Of a DNA stretch of 64,000 nt, positions 20,232 through 30,745 are shown piece by piece (positions within the stretch are counted from its first letter, which is position 1; the number at the start of each line of letters is the position of its first letter). Source of the DNA: Phycisphaerae bacterium (lineage in GTDB: Bacteria > Planctomycetota > Phycisphaerae > UBA1845 > Fen-1342); NCBI GenBank assembly GCA_963675745.2, contig CAXXWX010000001.1, forward strand, positions 32,001-96,000. Direction: 5' to 3'. The translations under genes were made by a program, and so were the position numbers. Under the pieces are notes generated by a model. The model made no database searches. It worked only from the letters and a program-made list of their open reading frames with translations, and was not told the DNA's origin.

Positions 20232-23200
20232 ATGCGCACGGTAAGATTTCCTCGATCAAAGGCAATCGGGCGACGAATGCACTCGCGCCTACCCATCCCA
20301 ATCATACTGACCGCCTTGCCGCTTCTGCTGTTCACACAAGCGGCAACCGCCGATGGGCCGCCGGCGATGACGTCCCCCAAGGTGGCAATCGCCACTCCGT
20401 GGCTACCGGCAGATACGCCGCAGCAAGCCCAACCACCGTCGCCGCGGAAGGGTGCCAGCGTCATGCTCCCCGATTCCGGCGACATCGACCTTGATAATGA
20501 GCGGGCCGTCTTCGCACACGTCTTCGGCCACCTGCCATCCAAAGTCGACGTGATCCCGACCGAGAATTACCTCTACTGGCGCTTCCATACGCCGGACAAG
20601 TACATCTGGGGCAACCTGCGGCTTGGCCCGCAGGATCGCGATCAGGGCATCGTGCACATTGGCTACTACGAGTTCAAGGAGTCGCTGACCGGCCCCGAGG
20701 AAGCGAACGCCCGCTACACGACACTGGGCGCGGCCGACGGCATCTCGGTCTACAAGCAGGACGACTTCAACTACGACGTGGCCTATGGCGGCAAGCGCGT
20801 GTCCTTCGCGCTGAACGTTGTGGACCAGTCGCCGCCGAGCGCATTCGTCACACCGGCGGATGAGATCTTCGTCATGCGAACCGAAGACGAGTCGCGCACG
20901 CAGTTCCACCTGATGTTCCACACTCAGACCGAGAACTTCCTGTTCGTGGCGAACGAAGACCGCGGGCCGCTGACCGACACCGTGATGGTCAGCGAAGACC
21001 TGGCGCTCGATCTGAGCACGGGCTTCGCCTACTACATTGACCGGGCCAACAACGACCGCAAGATTCTGGTCGGCGTGTATCAGCGCAATATTGCCCAGAA
21101 CAACTACTTCGACGGCCCCGCCGATCAGCTCGCCGACAACTACATCGCGGACGTACCCGAGTATCGCGGATACCTGAACAAGGCGTATCCGTGGACGACG
21201 AACGTGATCGATCAGTACGGCTTCTATCTTCACGACTCTGGCAGCCGTGTCGCCGTGGCGCCGTACCACGCCTATACGTCGATCGAAGAACTGCAAGGCA
21301 TGATCGACACCTGCCAGCAGTTTGACGGTCTGGGCCACATGCTGGCCTGCCTGATTCCCGGCGGCATGACGAAGTCCATCCCCGAGTTCAACACGCAGGG
21401 CCTGAAAGGCGCCCAGGGCTTGCCGGGGATCTCCGGCGCGCCGAATCACGAAGCCGTCGAGGTCCGCGATCAGACACAGGCAACCGCGGTCTTCTACGAG
21501 GACTTCGAGGGGCCACTGTCGCTGGCCGATCGCGGCTGGCAGGCCGATGGACTGTGGCACATCGTCGCTGAACCGCCGACGAGCTGCCCGCCGGCGCTGA
21601 ACTACCAGTCACCGACGCAGAGCGCCTACTACGGCATAGATATGCAGTGCAATTACGACGACGGCACCCCGAACTTCGGCTTCCTGTATACGCCGGTTAT
21701 CACGCTGCCCGCCGACGCGTATCTCTACTACGACTTCCGCCGCCAGACGGAGGGGATGTGCGGCCGTCAGGACATCAGCATCGTGGAGATCTCGGCCAGC
21801 GGCGTCGATCCCAACGGCGTCGCTATCACGGTCGGCGACAGTTGGGAACTTTTGCGTGCCGAGTGCGACGACACGAACATGTGGTACGGTTCGGGGCCGA
21901 TCGATCTGCGCAGGTACGCGGGCGCGGACATCCAGATTCGCTTCCTCTTTGACACCGTCACCGCAACGTCGAACGGCTTCCTCGGCTGGCAGATCGACAA
22001 TGTCGGCATCTGGACCGGCAACGGCGCCGGCCCGACGCCGCGCTGGCACGTCGTGGGTCAGACCTGGCACCTGGCGGGCGCGACGTTCCCGCCCCTGCAC
22101 CTGGCCGGCGCGACCTGGGGACACGTCTTTGGTGTGACCTGGGGACACGTTGTGGGCTTCACCTGGGGACACAACGCGGCCATCACCTGGGGCCACATTG
22201 CCGGCATCACCTGGTGGCCGGGCGGCGGAGCGCGCCCAGGTCCCGGAGCGGGTGGCGGCGGTGCTGGCGGACCCGGCGGCGGTGCGCCTCCCAGGAAACC
22301 ACCGCACATGGCCGGCATCACCTGGCACCTCGCGGGCATCACAGCCCCCCCGCCGGGCGGCAAGCACTACAGCGGCTGGACCTGGCACCGTGAAGAGCTG
22401 ACCTTCATCCCGCCCGGCAGCAAACACTGGAGCGGCTGGACCTGGCACAAGCAACCGTGGACTTTCATCCCGCCGGGCAGCAAACACTGGTCCGGCATCA
22501 CCTGGCACGATGGCGACATCACGTTTATCCCGCCGGGAACCAAGCACAACTCCGGCTCCACCTGGCACTATGGCGGCGTGACGTTCATCCCGCGCGGCAC
22601 CAAGCACAACTCCGGTGTGACCTGGCACGTCAGCGGCGCCACCTTCATCCCGCGCGGCAGCCGGCACGAACCGGGCGTCACGTGGCACATCAACGGCGTG
22701 ACGTTTATTCCGCGCGGCAGTAAGCACGCCGCCGGAACCACCTACCACTTGCCGGGCCTGACGTTCATTCCGCCCGGCAGCAAGCACAACTCCGGCTACA
22801 CCTGGCACTACACCGGCCAGACCTTCATCCCGCCGGGAACCAAGCACAACTCCGGCGTGACGTGGCACGTCAACGGCGTGTCCTTTATCCCGAAGGACTC
22901 CAAGCACGCCGCCGGCATCACCTGGCACCTGACGGCCGTCACGTTCGTGCCCGATACTGCGCGCCACGTAGTCCCGTGGTCGCCGCACTCACCAACGTGG
23001 AGCTTCGTCCCGCCGGGCGCCGAGCACAACTCCGGGGTCACCTGGCATTACTCCGGCCAGACTTTCATTCCGGAGGGCACCATACACAACTCCGGCGTCA
23101 CCTGGCACTACTCCGGCGAGACGTTCATCCCGGCCGGTTCCGAGCACAACTCGGGCACCACGTGGCACTACTCGGGTGAGTCCTTCATCCCGGGCGGCAC

Positions 23201-24500
23201 CACGCACAACTCCGGCATCACCTGGCACTATTCCGGCGAGTCGTTCATCCCCGGTGACGCCAAGCACAACTCCGGCGTCACCTGGCACGTGACCGGCGAA
23301 TCGTTCGTTCCCGGCGACGCCAAGCACATGTCGGGCACAACGTGGCACGCCACGGACGGATCGTTCATGTACTCGACGGTCATGTATCCCGAGTGTGCCG
23401 ACGCAACGGAATGCCCGGAGATCGAGGGATTCATCGCCCAGTGCAACCCGGAAGACGGGACCTGCGAGTACCTCCCGGCGGTTGGCCAGTTGTGCGAAGA
23501 CGGTGATCCGTACACCGTTAACGACACCATCGATGAGTATGGCCACTGCATGGGCGAAAAGATCGCCGGCTCGCCGTGCGACGACTTCAACGATTGCACG
23601 GTCAATGATATGTGGGATCCGAACGGCACGTGTGTCGGCACCCCGGCCGCGGCCGGCTCGCCCTGCGATGACGGCAATCCGTGGACCAATTACGACACGT
23701 GTGACGGTCTCGGTGGCTGCGAGGGCGTCCCGTTGGTCGGCATGCCGTGCGACGACGGTGACGAGCTGACCGCCAATGACATCGTCGGCACGGACGGTGC
23801 CTGCCATGGCGACGTCGTGCTCGAGGTCGATGACGGTGATCTGTGCAACGGCGTCGAAGAGCCCGACGCGCACTACCTCATCGAGCCAGGCGAGCCGCCC
23901 AATTGCGACCTGCCGTGCGAAGGCCTGCTCGGTGGCTGCGATCCGGCGTTCGAGTGCTTGGCAGAGGGCGCGCTCGAAGACTTCGACTTGCCGGGTGACT
24001 GCCTGATCGGAGATTGCGAAGAGTACCCGACGCAGGAGGATCTGAATTGCGACGATGGCAATCCCTGCACGGCGGACTACTGCGATCCCAACGGCGTGTG
24101 CCAGCATGTCGTGGACATGGCCGCCGCCTGTGATGATGGCGACGACTGCACCATCAATGACACCTGCGTCGACGGCATGTGCGTGGGTGAAGCGACGCCG
24201 AGCTGTGATTGCAATTTGAACGGGCAAGCCGACTGGATCGATATCGCAGAAGGCGTAAGCTTCGACGATAACGGCAACGGCATTCCCGATGAGTGCGAGG
24301 CCTACGAAGTCGGCGACCTGAACTGCGACGGACTCGTCAACAACGGCGACATCGACGCATTCGTGCTCGCGCTAACCGACCCGTTAGCCTACGCGGCCAC
24401 TTATCCGGACTGCGATCGAAACCTCGCCGACATCAACGGCGACGGGGAAGTGAACAACGGCGACATCGACGGTTTCGTCGCCCTGCTCTCCGGCGGTTGA
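20232..24500 (+). CDS. Giant secreted modular protein: unknown N-domain, jelly-roll-like domain, His/Trp repeat array, Cys-rich CDDG repeats, dockerin-like tail (start uncertain, 20184-20277)
   Basis: Signal-like LPIPIILTALPLLLFTQAATA; 18 x 20-aa xHxxGxTWHxxGxTFIPxGx units; CDDGNPCTxDxC-type repeats; dockerin-like tail. Confidence 0.88.
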   Translation: MRTVRFPRSKAIGRRMHSRLPIPIILTALPLLLFTQAATADGPPAMTSPKVAIATPWLPADTPQQAQPPSPRKGASVMLPDSGDIDLDNERAVFAHVFGHLPSKVDVIPTENYLYWRFHTPDKYIWGNLRLGPQDRDQGIVHIGYYEFKESLTGPEEANARYTTLGAADGISVYKQDDFNYDVAYGGKRVSFALNVVDQSPPSAFVTPADEIFVMRTEDESRTQFHLMFHTQTENFLFVANEDRGPLTDTVMVSEDLALDLSTGFAYYIDRANNDRKILVGVYQRNIAQNNYFDGPADQLADNYIADVPEYRGYLNKAYPWTTNVIDQYGFYLHDSGSRVAVAPYHAYTSIEELQGMIDTCQQFDGLGHMLACLIPGGMTKSIPEFNTQGLKGAQGLPGISGAPNHEAVEVRDQTQATAVFYEDFEGPLSLADRGWQADGLWHIVAEPPTSCPPALNYQSPTQSAYYGIDMQCNYDDGTPNFGFLYTPVITLPADAYLYYDFRRQTEGMCGRQDISIVEISASGVDPNGVAITVGDSWELLRAECDDTNMWYGSGPIDLRRYAGADIQIRFLFDTVTATSNGFLGWQIDNVGIWTGNGAGPTPRWHVVGQTWHLAGATFPPLHLAGATWGHVFGVTWGHVVGFTWGHNAAITWGHIAGITWWPGGGARPGPGAGGGGAGGPGGGAPPRKPPHMAGITWHLAGITAPPPGGKHYSGWTWHREELTFIPPGSKHWSGWTWHKQPWTFIPPGSKHWSGITWHDGDITFIPPGTKHNSGSTWHYGGVTFIPRGTKHNSGVTWHVSGATFIPRGSRHEPGVTWHINGVTFIPRGSKHAAGTTYHLPGLTFIPPGSKHNSGYTWHYTGQTFIPPGTKHNSGVTWHVNGVSFIPKDSKHAAGITWHLTAVTFVPDTARHVVPWSPHSPTWSFVPPGAEHNSGVTWHYSGQTFIPEGTIHNSGVTWHYSGETFIPAGSEHNSGTTWHYSGESFIPGGTTHNSGITWHYSGESFIPGDAKHNSGVTWHVTGESFVPGDAKHMSGTTWHATDGSFMYSTVMYPECADATECPEIEGFIAQCNPEDGTCEYLPAVGQLCEDGDPYTVNDTIDEYGHCMGEKIAGSPCDDFNDCTVNDMWDPNGTCVGTPAAAGSPCDDGNPWTNYDTCDGLGGCEGVPLVGMPCDDGDELTANDIVGTDGACHGDVVLEVDDGDLCNGVEEPDAHYLIEPGEPPNCDLPCEGLLGGCDPAFECLAEGALEDFDLPGDCLIGDCEEYPTQEDLNCDDGNPCTADYCDPNGVCQHVVDMAAACDDGDDCTINDTCVDGMCVGEATPSCDCNLNGQADWIDIAEGVSFDDNGNGIPDECEAYEVGDLNCDGLVNNGDIDAFVLALTDPLAYAATYPDCDRNLADINGDGEVNNGDIDGFVALLSGG
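22302..23366 (+). repeat. Coding 60-bp tandem repeat (~18 units) encoding His/Trp repeats
   Basis: Successive 60-nt lines begin in the same phase (c(c/g)tggca...); in-frame 20-aa period. Confidence 0.95.
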
Positions 24501-24530
24501 TCGTAGCGGACGCTTAACTCAACCTCTTTG

Positions 24531-24562
24531 CGGGCCGCGCCCCCGGGCGCGGCCCGTTTCTT
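24531..24562 (+). terminator. Rho-independent terminator
   Basis: 11-bp stem CGGGCCGCGCC/GGCGCGGCCCG, 4-nt loop, then TTTCTT. Confidence 0.75.
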
Positions 24563-24689
24563 GCGCGCACTCACGTCACCCCTCCGCGCGGGGCAATAAC
24601 TTACTCGAAAGCCGGTTTGCCATTGATTTCGTCAAGTTGGACCGCAAAAATAGGAATAGGACATAACCAACACTCCCCGGAGGAATGGC

Positions 24690-26006
24690 ATGAAGCTCAG
24701 AACATGGATGTTGTGCGCCAGTGCGGTGTGCGCGACGACAATGCTGGTGGCCGCGCCGGCCCTGGCAGAGGAAGTTGTCATCAAGAATGACAGTGTGGCG
24801 GACTTTGGTCAGGCGGTTATCGTTGGTGATTTCATTGAGGGCGAGCACGCCGGCGTAATGCTCGAATCGCCGTGCAATGGAACGCTGGTCGCCGTCCAGA
24901 TACTCTGGCTCGAAGGCACGCCGGGCCACGGACAATCGCTGGAGCAGGCCATCCATGTCTATGCGGGCACCGGTTTTCCGGTACCGGGAGCGGAATTGGC
25001 CCTGCTTGAAGGTCCGGTAATGACCCCCGGCTACGTCAACGAGTTCCGCTACCTCGACGAGGCGCAGACCATTCCGCTCGCGGTTCCGGTCAGCAAGTTC
25101 GAGGACTTCTTTGTCACGCTCGAGTTCTACAACCCGACCGATGTTGGCAACGGCGGCCCGAGCGTTGTCCGTGACACCGATGGGTGCCAGGCCAACTCAA
25201 ACGTGCTCTACGCCATCCCGGGCGGGTGGTTCAACTTCTGCCTGCTGCTCAGCGGCGATCTGGCGATCCGGGCCGTCATTGAGTGTCCCGGTGAGACCGG
25301 CGCCTGCTGCTACGCCGATGGAATCTGTGCCAACGATGTCGAGGAGGCCGATTGTCTGGCCGAGTTTGGCGCTACCTGGCACGCGGGGCTGACCTGCGCC
25401 GAAATCACTTGTGAGCCGCGCGGCGCGTGCTGCAAGGACGGTGGCTGCCTGCAATTGGTGGACCCGGCAATCTGCGCGGCGATTGGCGGGGTCTACGCCG
25501 GCGATGGCACTGATTGCGCTGACGATGTCTGTGTCGAAGGCGCCTGCTGCAACCCGAACACGGGCGAGTGCACGTTGCAATTCGAGTTCCAGTGCATCGC
25601 CGCCGGCGGCAACTTCCTCGGACCAGGCACCGTGTGCGCCCCCACCAACCCATGCCCGCAGCCGACCGGCGCCTGCTGCTTCGGAGAGATCTGCATCGCG
25701 GATCAGACCGAGGCCGGCTGCACCGGCTCGAGCGGCGAATGGGCTGGCGCCTGGACCGACTGCAGCGACGGCAACGGAAACACCATTCCGGATGCCTGCG
25801 AGGGACCGGCCTACGAGTTGGGCGACCTTAACTGCGACGGCGCAATCAACAACGGCGACATCGACCCATTCGTGCTCGCCGTCACGGACGCACTGGGCTA
25901 TGAGGCCGCCTATCCCGCTTGCGATCGCGATCTGGCCGACGTCAACCAGGACACTGTGATCAATAACGGCGACATCGACGCATTCGTCGCTCTACTCGCC
26001 GGATAG
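24690..26006 (+). CDS. Secreted protein with four Cys-rich GACC repeats and dockerin-like tail
   Basis: GGAGG RBS; signal peptide ALA-E; beta-rich N-domain; TGACC/RGACC/EGACC/TGACC modules; dockerin-like tail. Confidence 0.88.
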   Translation: MKLRTWMLCASAVCATTMLVAAPALAEEVVIKNDSVADFGQAVIVGDFIEGEHAGVMLESPCNGTLVAVQILWLEGTPGHGQSLEQAIHVYAGTGFPVPGAELALLEGPVMTPGYVNEFRYLDEAQTIPLAVPVSKFEDFFVTLEFYNPTDVGNGGPSVVRDTDGCQANSNVLYAIPGGWFNFCLLLSGDLAIRAVIECPGETGACCYADGICANDVEEADCLAEFGATWHAGLTCAEITCEPRGACCKDGGCLQLVDPAICAAIGGVYAGDGTDCADDVCVEGACCNPNTGECTLQFEFQCIAAGGNFLGPGTVCAPTNPCPQPTGACCFGEICIADQTEAGCTGSSGEWAGAWTDCSDGNGNTIPDACEGPAYELGDLNCDGAINNGDIDPFVLAVTDALGYEAAYPACDRDLADVNQDTVINNGDIDAFVALLAG

Positions 26007-26038
26007 TCGCTTGTCGTAGGAGACTGCGAGCAATCTCG

Positions 26039-26072
26039 AAAGAGCGCCGGGCCGTCTGGCCCGGCGTTCTTT
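26039..26072 (+). terminator. Rho-independent terminator-like hairpin
   Basis: AAGAGCGCCGGGCC-GTCT-GGCCCGGCGTTCTTT. Confidence 0.7.
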
Positions 26073-26294
26073 CGCGCCAAGCGTGCGGCGGCCACCGCGG
26101 CGACGAACGTGAGAGTCAGGGCCGCAGCTCGCGCCAGGCTCGACGCATCTGTCTCGCTTTGCTACACTGCGTATTACATGCCAAGCATTGCCTGCGGCTG
26201 GAGCGACGCGTGGCCGGCGATGCAAGCGCATGTAGCCGGGGCGGTCACTACATTGAAACGGCGCATCGGTTGCGCGCAGGAAGGAGCCTATGTA

Positions 26295-27335
26295 ATGATG
26301 TACACACTGTCGGGAAGAGTATCTGCCACAATCACCCTCACACTGCTCACACTCAGCGCTGCTCAGGTCGCGAGCGCGCAGGCACCGTTGATCATCGACC
26401 ACGATTGCTGCGATCTCAACCAGGTCCCGGCCTGGGCAATCGAACAGGCCAAGGCCACATACCGCCTCACCTACGGCCACACGTCGCACGGCAGCCAGAT
26501 CATCAGCGGGATGAACGAGTTCGACGACCCGGCCGGTTCGTTGTACTGGTGGGATCACGACGGCACGCTCGGCGGCTTGTCCCTTTGGGACTACACACCC
26601 AGCGGCGACCTGGGCCACAACGGCGACCTTACCTGGTACAACAGTACGCGGACAATGCTCGACAACCCGAGCAACAGCGACCGCAACATGGTCATGTGGT
26701 CATGGTGCGGCGGCGTTTCGGACAACACCGAAGCGGGTATAAACACCTATCTCAACGCGATGAATCAACTCGAGATCGACTACGAAGACGTGACTTTCAT
26801 CTACATGACCGGGCATCTTGACGGCGGCGGTGAAGAGGGCAACCTGCACATCCGCAACAACCAGATCCGCGCCTACTGCATCGCCAACAACAAGGTGCTC
26901 TTCGATTTCGCCGACATCGAGAGCTACGACCCCAACGGCAACTACTATGTCGATCTGTATGCCAACGATGAGTGCTACTACTGGATCGATGACACGCGAT
27001 ACAACTGGGCCGAGCAGTGGTGCGCCGCGCATCCGGGCGAATGCTCTTCGTGCTCCTGCGCCCATTCACGCTCGCTCAACTGCGATCGCAAGGGCCGCGC
27101 GTTCTGGTGGATGCTGGCCCGCCTGGCCGGCTGGCCCGGCCCGGCCACGGGTGACATGAACTGCGACGGCCTGGTCAACAACGGCGATGTCGACCCCTTT
27201 GTTCTGGCCATAACCGATCCCGCCGAATACACCGCGACCTATCCGGCGTGTGATATCACGCACGGCGACTGCAACGGCGACGGCTGGGTAAACAACGGCG
27301 ATATCGACGGGTTTGTTGAGTTGCTCGCGGGCTAG
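26295..27335 (+). CDS. Secreted uncharacterised alpha/beta (possibly SGNH-like) protein with dockerin-like tail
   Basis: ATG after AAGGAG; signal peptide ASA-Q; conserved-looking motifs YGHTSHGSQI, MWSWCG, YMTGHLDG and LFDFADIES; dockerin-like tail. Confidence 0.78.
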   Translation: MMYTLSGRVSATITLTLLTLSAAQVASAQAPLIIDHDCCDLNQVPAWAIEQAKATYRLTYGHTSHGSQIISGMNEFDDPAGSLYWWDHDGTLGGLSLWDYTPSGDLGHNGDLTWYNSTRTMLDNPSNSDRNMVMWSWCGGVSDNTEAGINTYLNAMNQLEIDYEDVTFIYMTGHLDGGGEEGNLHIRNNQIRAYCIANNKVLFDFADIESYDPNGNYYVDLYANDECYYWIDDTRYNWAEQWCAAHPGECSSCSCAHSRSLNCDRKGRAFWWMLARLAGWPGPATGDMNCDGLVNNGDVDPFVLAITDPAEYTATYPACDITHGDCNGDGWVNNGDIDGFVELLAG

Positions 27336-27378
27336 CGAAGTCCGCACGCGCGCATCGGCCACTTGCGGTCCGATACAG

Positions 27379-27429
27379 CTCATCAACAACGGTGACATTG
27401 CTAGTTTCATAACGCTGATAACAGGCTGA
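27379..27429 (+). pseudogene. Orphan half-dockerin remnant
   Basis: Translates as LINNGDIASFITLITG*, matching the second half of the tail, but out of frame with the upstream gene and with no start or body. Confidence 0.6.
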
Positions 27430-27675
27430 TGCGCCGATAATTCCGGCGGCACTCCTGCGCGACCGCCCATGCCTCGGCAACAGGGTCCCAGTGCGCAGGA
27501 ACTCACGCGGGCCCGTGGGCGAAATGCTGGGACCGGGCTGTCACGAGTGCTATGCTTGGGATATAGCGCGACGTATGCCGCCGCGATCCGATCGCCGATG
27601 CGCCTACCCGGATGGCCCGCATCCGGGCGGCGTCGGCCCATTCTGTTTCGTGCCGTGTTCGCAGGGAGAGAGTCC

Positions 27676-30498
27676 ATGTCACGCACAGTGTTGCTCAGCA
27701 CGCTTGTCGCGCTCATGTTCACAATGCCACTCGCGGCGCAAACCACGCTCTACGTCGATGCCGACGCGAATCAGCCCGCGGACGGTCAGAGCTGGTGCAG
27801 TGCATTTTTATCGCTTGACGCCGCCCTGGCCGTCGCCGGGGCGGACACGACGATCCGCGTGGCCAACGGTGTGTACCTCCCCGGCGTGCCGACGGACCCG
27901 AATGATCCGCGTACGGCGACGTTTGAACTGCTCAACGGCGTGACGATCGCCGGCGGTTACGCCGGCTGCGGGGCAGACGATCCGAATGCGCGCGATTTCG
28001 CGGCATATGAGACCATCCTCAGCGGCGACAGGAACGGCAACGACACTCCCAACGTCTTGGATAGCTACCTGGACAACTGCTACCACGTGGTCACCGCCGA
28101 CGGCACAGATGCAACCGCCGTCCTGGATGGAATCACAGTGTCCGGCGGATTCGCCAACGGCGACGCCCCGCGCAATCGCGGCGGCGGCCTGCTGAACCTC
28201 GCTGCCAGCCCGACACTGGCCAACTGCACGATCCGTGGGAACTTCGCCATCGGACTCGGCATCGGCGATGGCCATGGCGGTGGCATCTACAACCAAAGCG
28301 GCAGCCCGACGCTGACCGACTGCACGGTCGGTGAGAACCTGGCGTACAAAGAGGGTGGCGGAATGTGCAACGCGCCGGGGAGCAGCCCGACGTTCATCCA
28401 CTGCACGTTCAGCGGAAACGGCGGCTTCGAGCGCGGCGGCGGAATGCACAGCACGTCCAGCAACCTGACGTTGGTCGACTGCACCTTCTCCGCCAACCTG
28501 GCTGGAGTGCAGAGCGATCCCAACACAGGCGGCGCCGGGATGTACAGCGATCAGTGCGAGGCAACGCTGACCGGCTGCACCTTTAGCGACAACTCGGTCA
28601 ATACCGCTGTCGGCGGCGCGATGCGCAACGAAGACAGCAGCCCGGTACTGACCGATTGCACCTTCAGCGGAAACTCAGCCAGTGTTGGAGCCGGCATGTA
28701 CAACGTCGCCGGCAATCCGACGCTGACCAACTGCGCCTTCAACGGAAACTCGGGCGTTTACTTCGGCGGCGGCGTGTACAACAACGCCAGTAGTCCGACG
28801 TTGACCGACTGCACCTTTCACGCGAACACAGTGGGCCACGCGCTCGGCGCCAGCGGCGGCGGGATGTACAACATGCAGAGCAACCCGACGCTGACACGCT
28901 GCACCTTCTCCGAGAACCTTGTGACTGACGCGGGCTCTTTCGGCTACGGTGGCGGCGGGATGGCCAACATCGAGAGCGACCCGACGCTGACTGACTGCAC
29001 TTTCACCGGAAACGGCGTGCGCTACGCGACATTCTCGGGCAGCGGCGGCGGCGGGATGGCAAACCGGCAAAGCAACCCGACACTGCAATGCTGCACGTTC
29101 ATCGAGAACTACGCCATCGGCGGCATTGGCGATGGCGGTGGGATGGTCAACTTTGAAAGCGCCCCGCTGTTGGCAAGCTGCGCCTTCTATCAGAATTCGG
29201 TCGACACCAGCGTCGGCTATGGCGGCGGATTGTGCGACATCACCAGCGGCGCGACGCTGACAAACTGCACCTTCGCCGGAAACTCGGCCAGCCAGCAAGG
29301 CGGTGGAATGGCCTGTCACAGCGGGACAGGCTCCAGCGCGACGGTGGTCAACTGCACCTTCGTCGGAAACTCGTCCGACTCCGCCGGCAGCGGGATGTGG
29401 GCTCAGTACGGTGTGACTGTGGCCAACTGTATCTTCTGGGGCAACCACGACAACTATCAGATTCACGGCGCTGTCAACCTCGATGTGACGCACTGCTGCA
29501 TCCAGGCCAACCGCTATCCGGGAAACGGCAATATTGACGCAGACCCATTCTTCGTGGACGCCGACGGGTCGGACGACATCCTCGGCACGCCGGACGATGA
29601 CCTGCGTCTCCTGGGGCTTTTCTCGCCGTGCATCGATGCGGGCGACAACACCGCCGTGCCGGCGGATGCGTTCGACCTTGATGACGACGGTAACACGACC
29701 GAGCCGGTCCCGTTTGACTTCGACGGCGATCCGCGTTTCATCGATGAGCCGGAGCGGCCCGATACCGGCGTCGGAACGGCGCCGATCGTCGACATGGGCG
29801 CGCACGAGTACATACTCGACTGCAACGCCAACGGGTTGCACGACCCCGTCGAGTGCATTACCGGCGCCAGCTACGACCTGAACGGGAATCTGATCCCCGA
29901 CGAGTGCGAAGACTGCAACGGCAACGGGCTGCCCGACACGATCGACATCATGTTCGACATCAGCGGCGACTGTAACGGTAACTGGCTGCCCGACGAGTGC
30001 GACATCGCCGACGGCACCAGCCCCGATCTCGATGACGACGGCGTCCCCGACGAGTGCGGCGACTGCAACCTGAACGGCGTACCCGACTACGAGGATGTCG
30101 CCAGCGGCACCAGCTCCGACTGCAACGGCAACGGCATCCCCGACGAGTGCGACATCGACGCCGAAACCAGCCTCGACTGGGACGGCGACGGTGTGCCCGA
30201 CGATTGTCAGCCGGACTGCAACAATAACGGCCTGCCGGACGCTTATGACGTGCTCTACGGCCCCAGCACCGACCTCAACAACACGGGCATCCCCGACGAG
30301 TGCGAGCCCGGCGACTGCAACTGCGACGGCTGGGTGAACAACGGCGACATCGACGCCTTCGTCATGGCGATCAGCGCCCCGGACGACTACGCCGCGGCGT
30401 TCCCCACGTGCAGCATCACCTTCGCCGATTGCAACCACGACGGCTGGGCCAACAACGGCGACATCGACGCGTTTGTAGACCTTCTCACCGACCAATAA
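27676..30498 (+). CDS. Secreted right-handed parallel beta-helix protein with DCNxNGxPDEC repeats and dockerin-like tail
   Basis: Signal peptide LAA-Q; ~15 GGGMxN..PTLTxCTFxxN coils; DLRL..SPCIDAGDN..DMGAHEY segment; acidic Cys repeats; dockerin-like tail. Confidence 0.88.
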   Translation: MSRTVLLSTLVALMFTMPLAAQTTLYVDADANQPADGQSWCSAFLSLDAALAVAGADTTIRVANGVYLPGVPTDPNDPRTATFELLNGVTIAGGYAGCGADDPNARDFAAYETILSGDRNGNDTPNVLDSYLDNCYHVVTADGTDATAVLDGITVSGGFANGDAPRNRGGGLLNLAASPTLANCTIRGNFAIGLGIGDGHGGGIYNQSGSPTLTDCTVGENLAYKEGGGMCNAPGSSPTFIHCTFSGNGGFERGGGMHSTSSNLTLVDCTFSANLAGVQSDPNTGGAGMYSDQCEATLTGCTFSDNSVNTAVGGAMRNEDSSPVLTDCTFSGNSASVGAGMYNVAGNPTLTNCAFNGNSGVYFGGGVYNNASSPTLTDCTFHANTVGHALGASGGGMYNMQSNPTLTRCTFSENLVTDAGSFGYGGGGMANIESDPTLTDCTFTGNGVRYATFSGSGGGGMANRQSNPTLQCCTFIENYAIGGIGDGGGMVNFESAPLLASCAFYQNSVDTSVGYGGGLCDITSGATLTNCTFAGNSASQQGGGMACHSGTGSSATVVNCTFVGNSSDSAGSGMWAQYGVTVANCIFWGNHDNYQIHGAVNLDVTHCCIQANRYPGNGNIDADPFFVDADGSDDILGTPDDDLRLLGLFSPCIDAGDNTAVPADAFDLDDDGNTTEPVPFDFDGDPRFIDEPERPDTGVGTAPIVDMGAHEYILDCNANGLHDPVECITGASYDLNGNLIPDECEDCNGNGLPDTIDIMFDISGDCNGNWLPDECDIADGTSPDLDDDGVPDECGDCNLNGVPDYEDVASGTSSDCNGNGIPDECDIDAETSLDWDGDGVPDDCQPDCNNNGLPDAYDVLYGPSTDLNNTGIPDECEPGDCNCDGWVNNGDIDAFVMAISAPDDYAAAFPTCSITFADCNHDGWANNGDIDAFVDLLTDQ

Positions 30499-30745
30499 CT
30501 CCGACCGTGCCGATGCCACGCGCGGACGCGGCGTCCAGGAAACAGCGTCGCGGGCCTCTGTCGCCGAATGCACGCTAGAATCAGGCTGCCGCAAATGTTA
30601 TTCTGGATCGTGGCGCGGCGTACACCAAGCCGAGCCTGCGTTACCAGCTTTCAGCACTTGGGCAGGCATCGCCCCCTGTCAGGGCGGACCGGCGGCTGGA
30701 CTGTCAATCACTGGGCTCCGCGGCAGGGGCAGAAAGAGGCATCCC

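Noticed and set aside
22302..23366. 60-bp periodic repeat as a CRISPR array
   Set aside because: The period is an exact codon multiple inside a long ORF, variation is largely synonymous or conservative, there are no unique spacers, and no cas genes.
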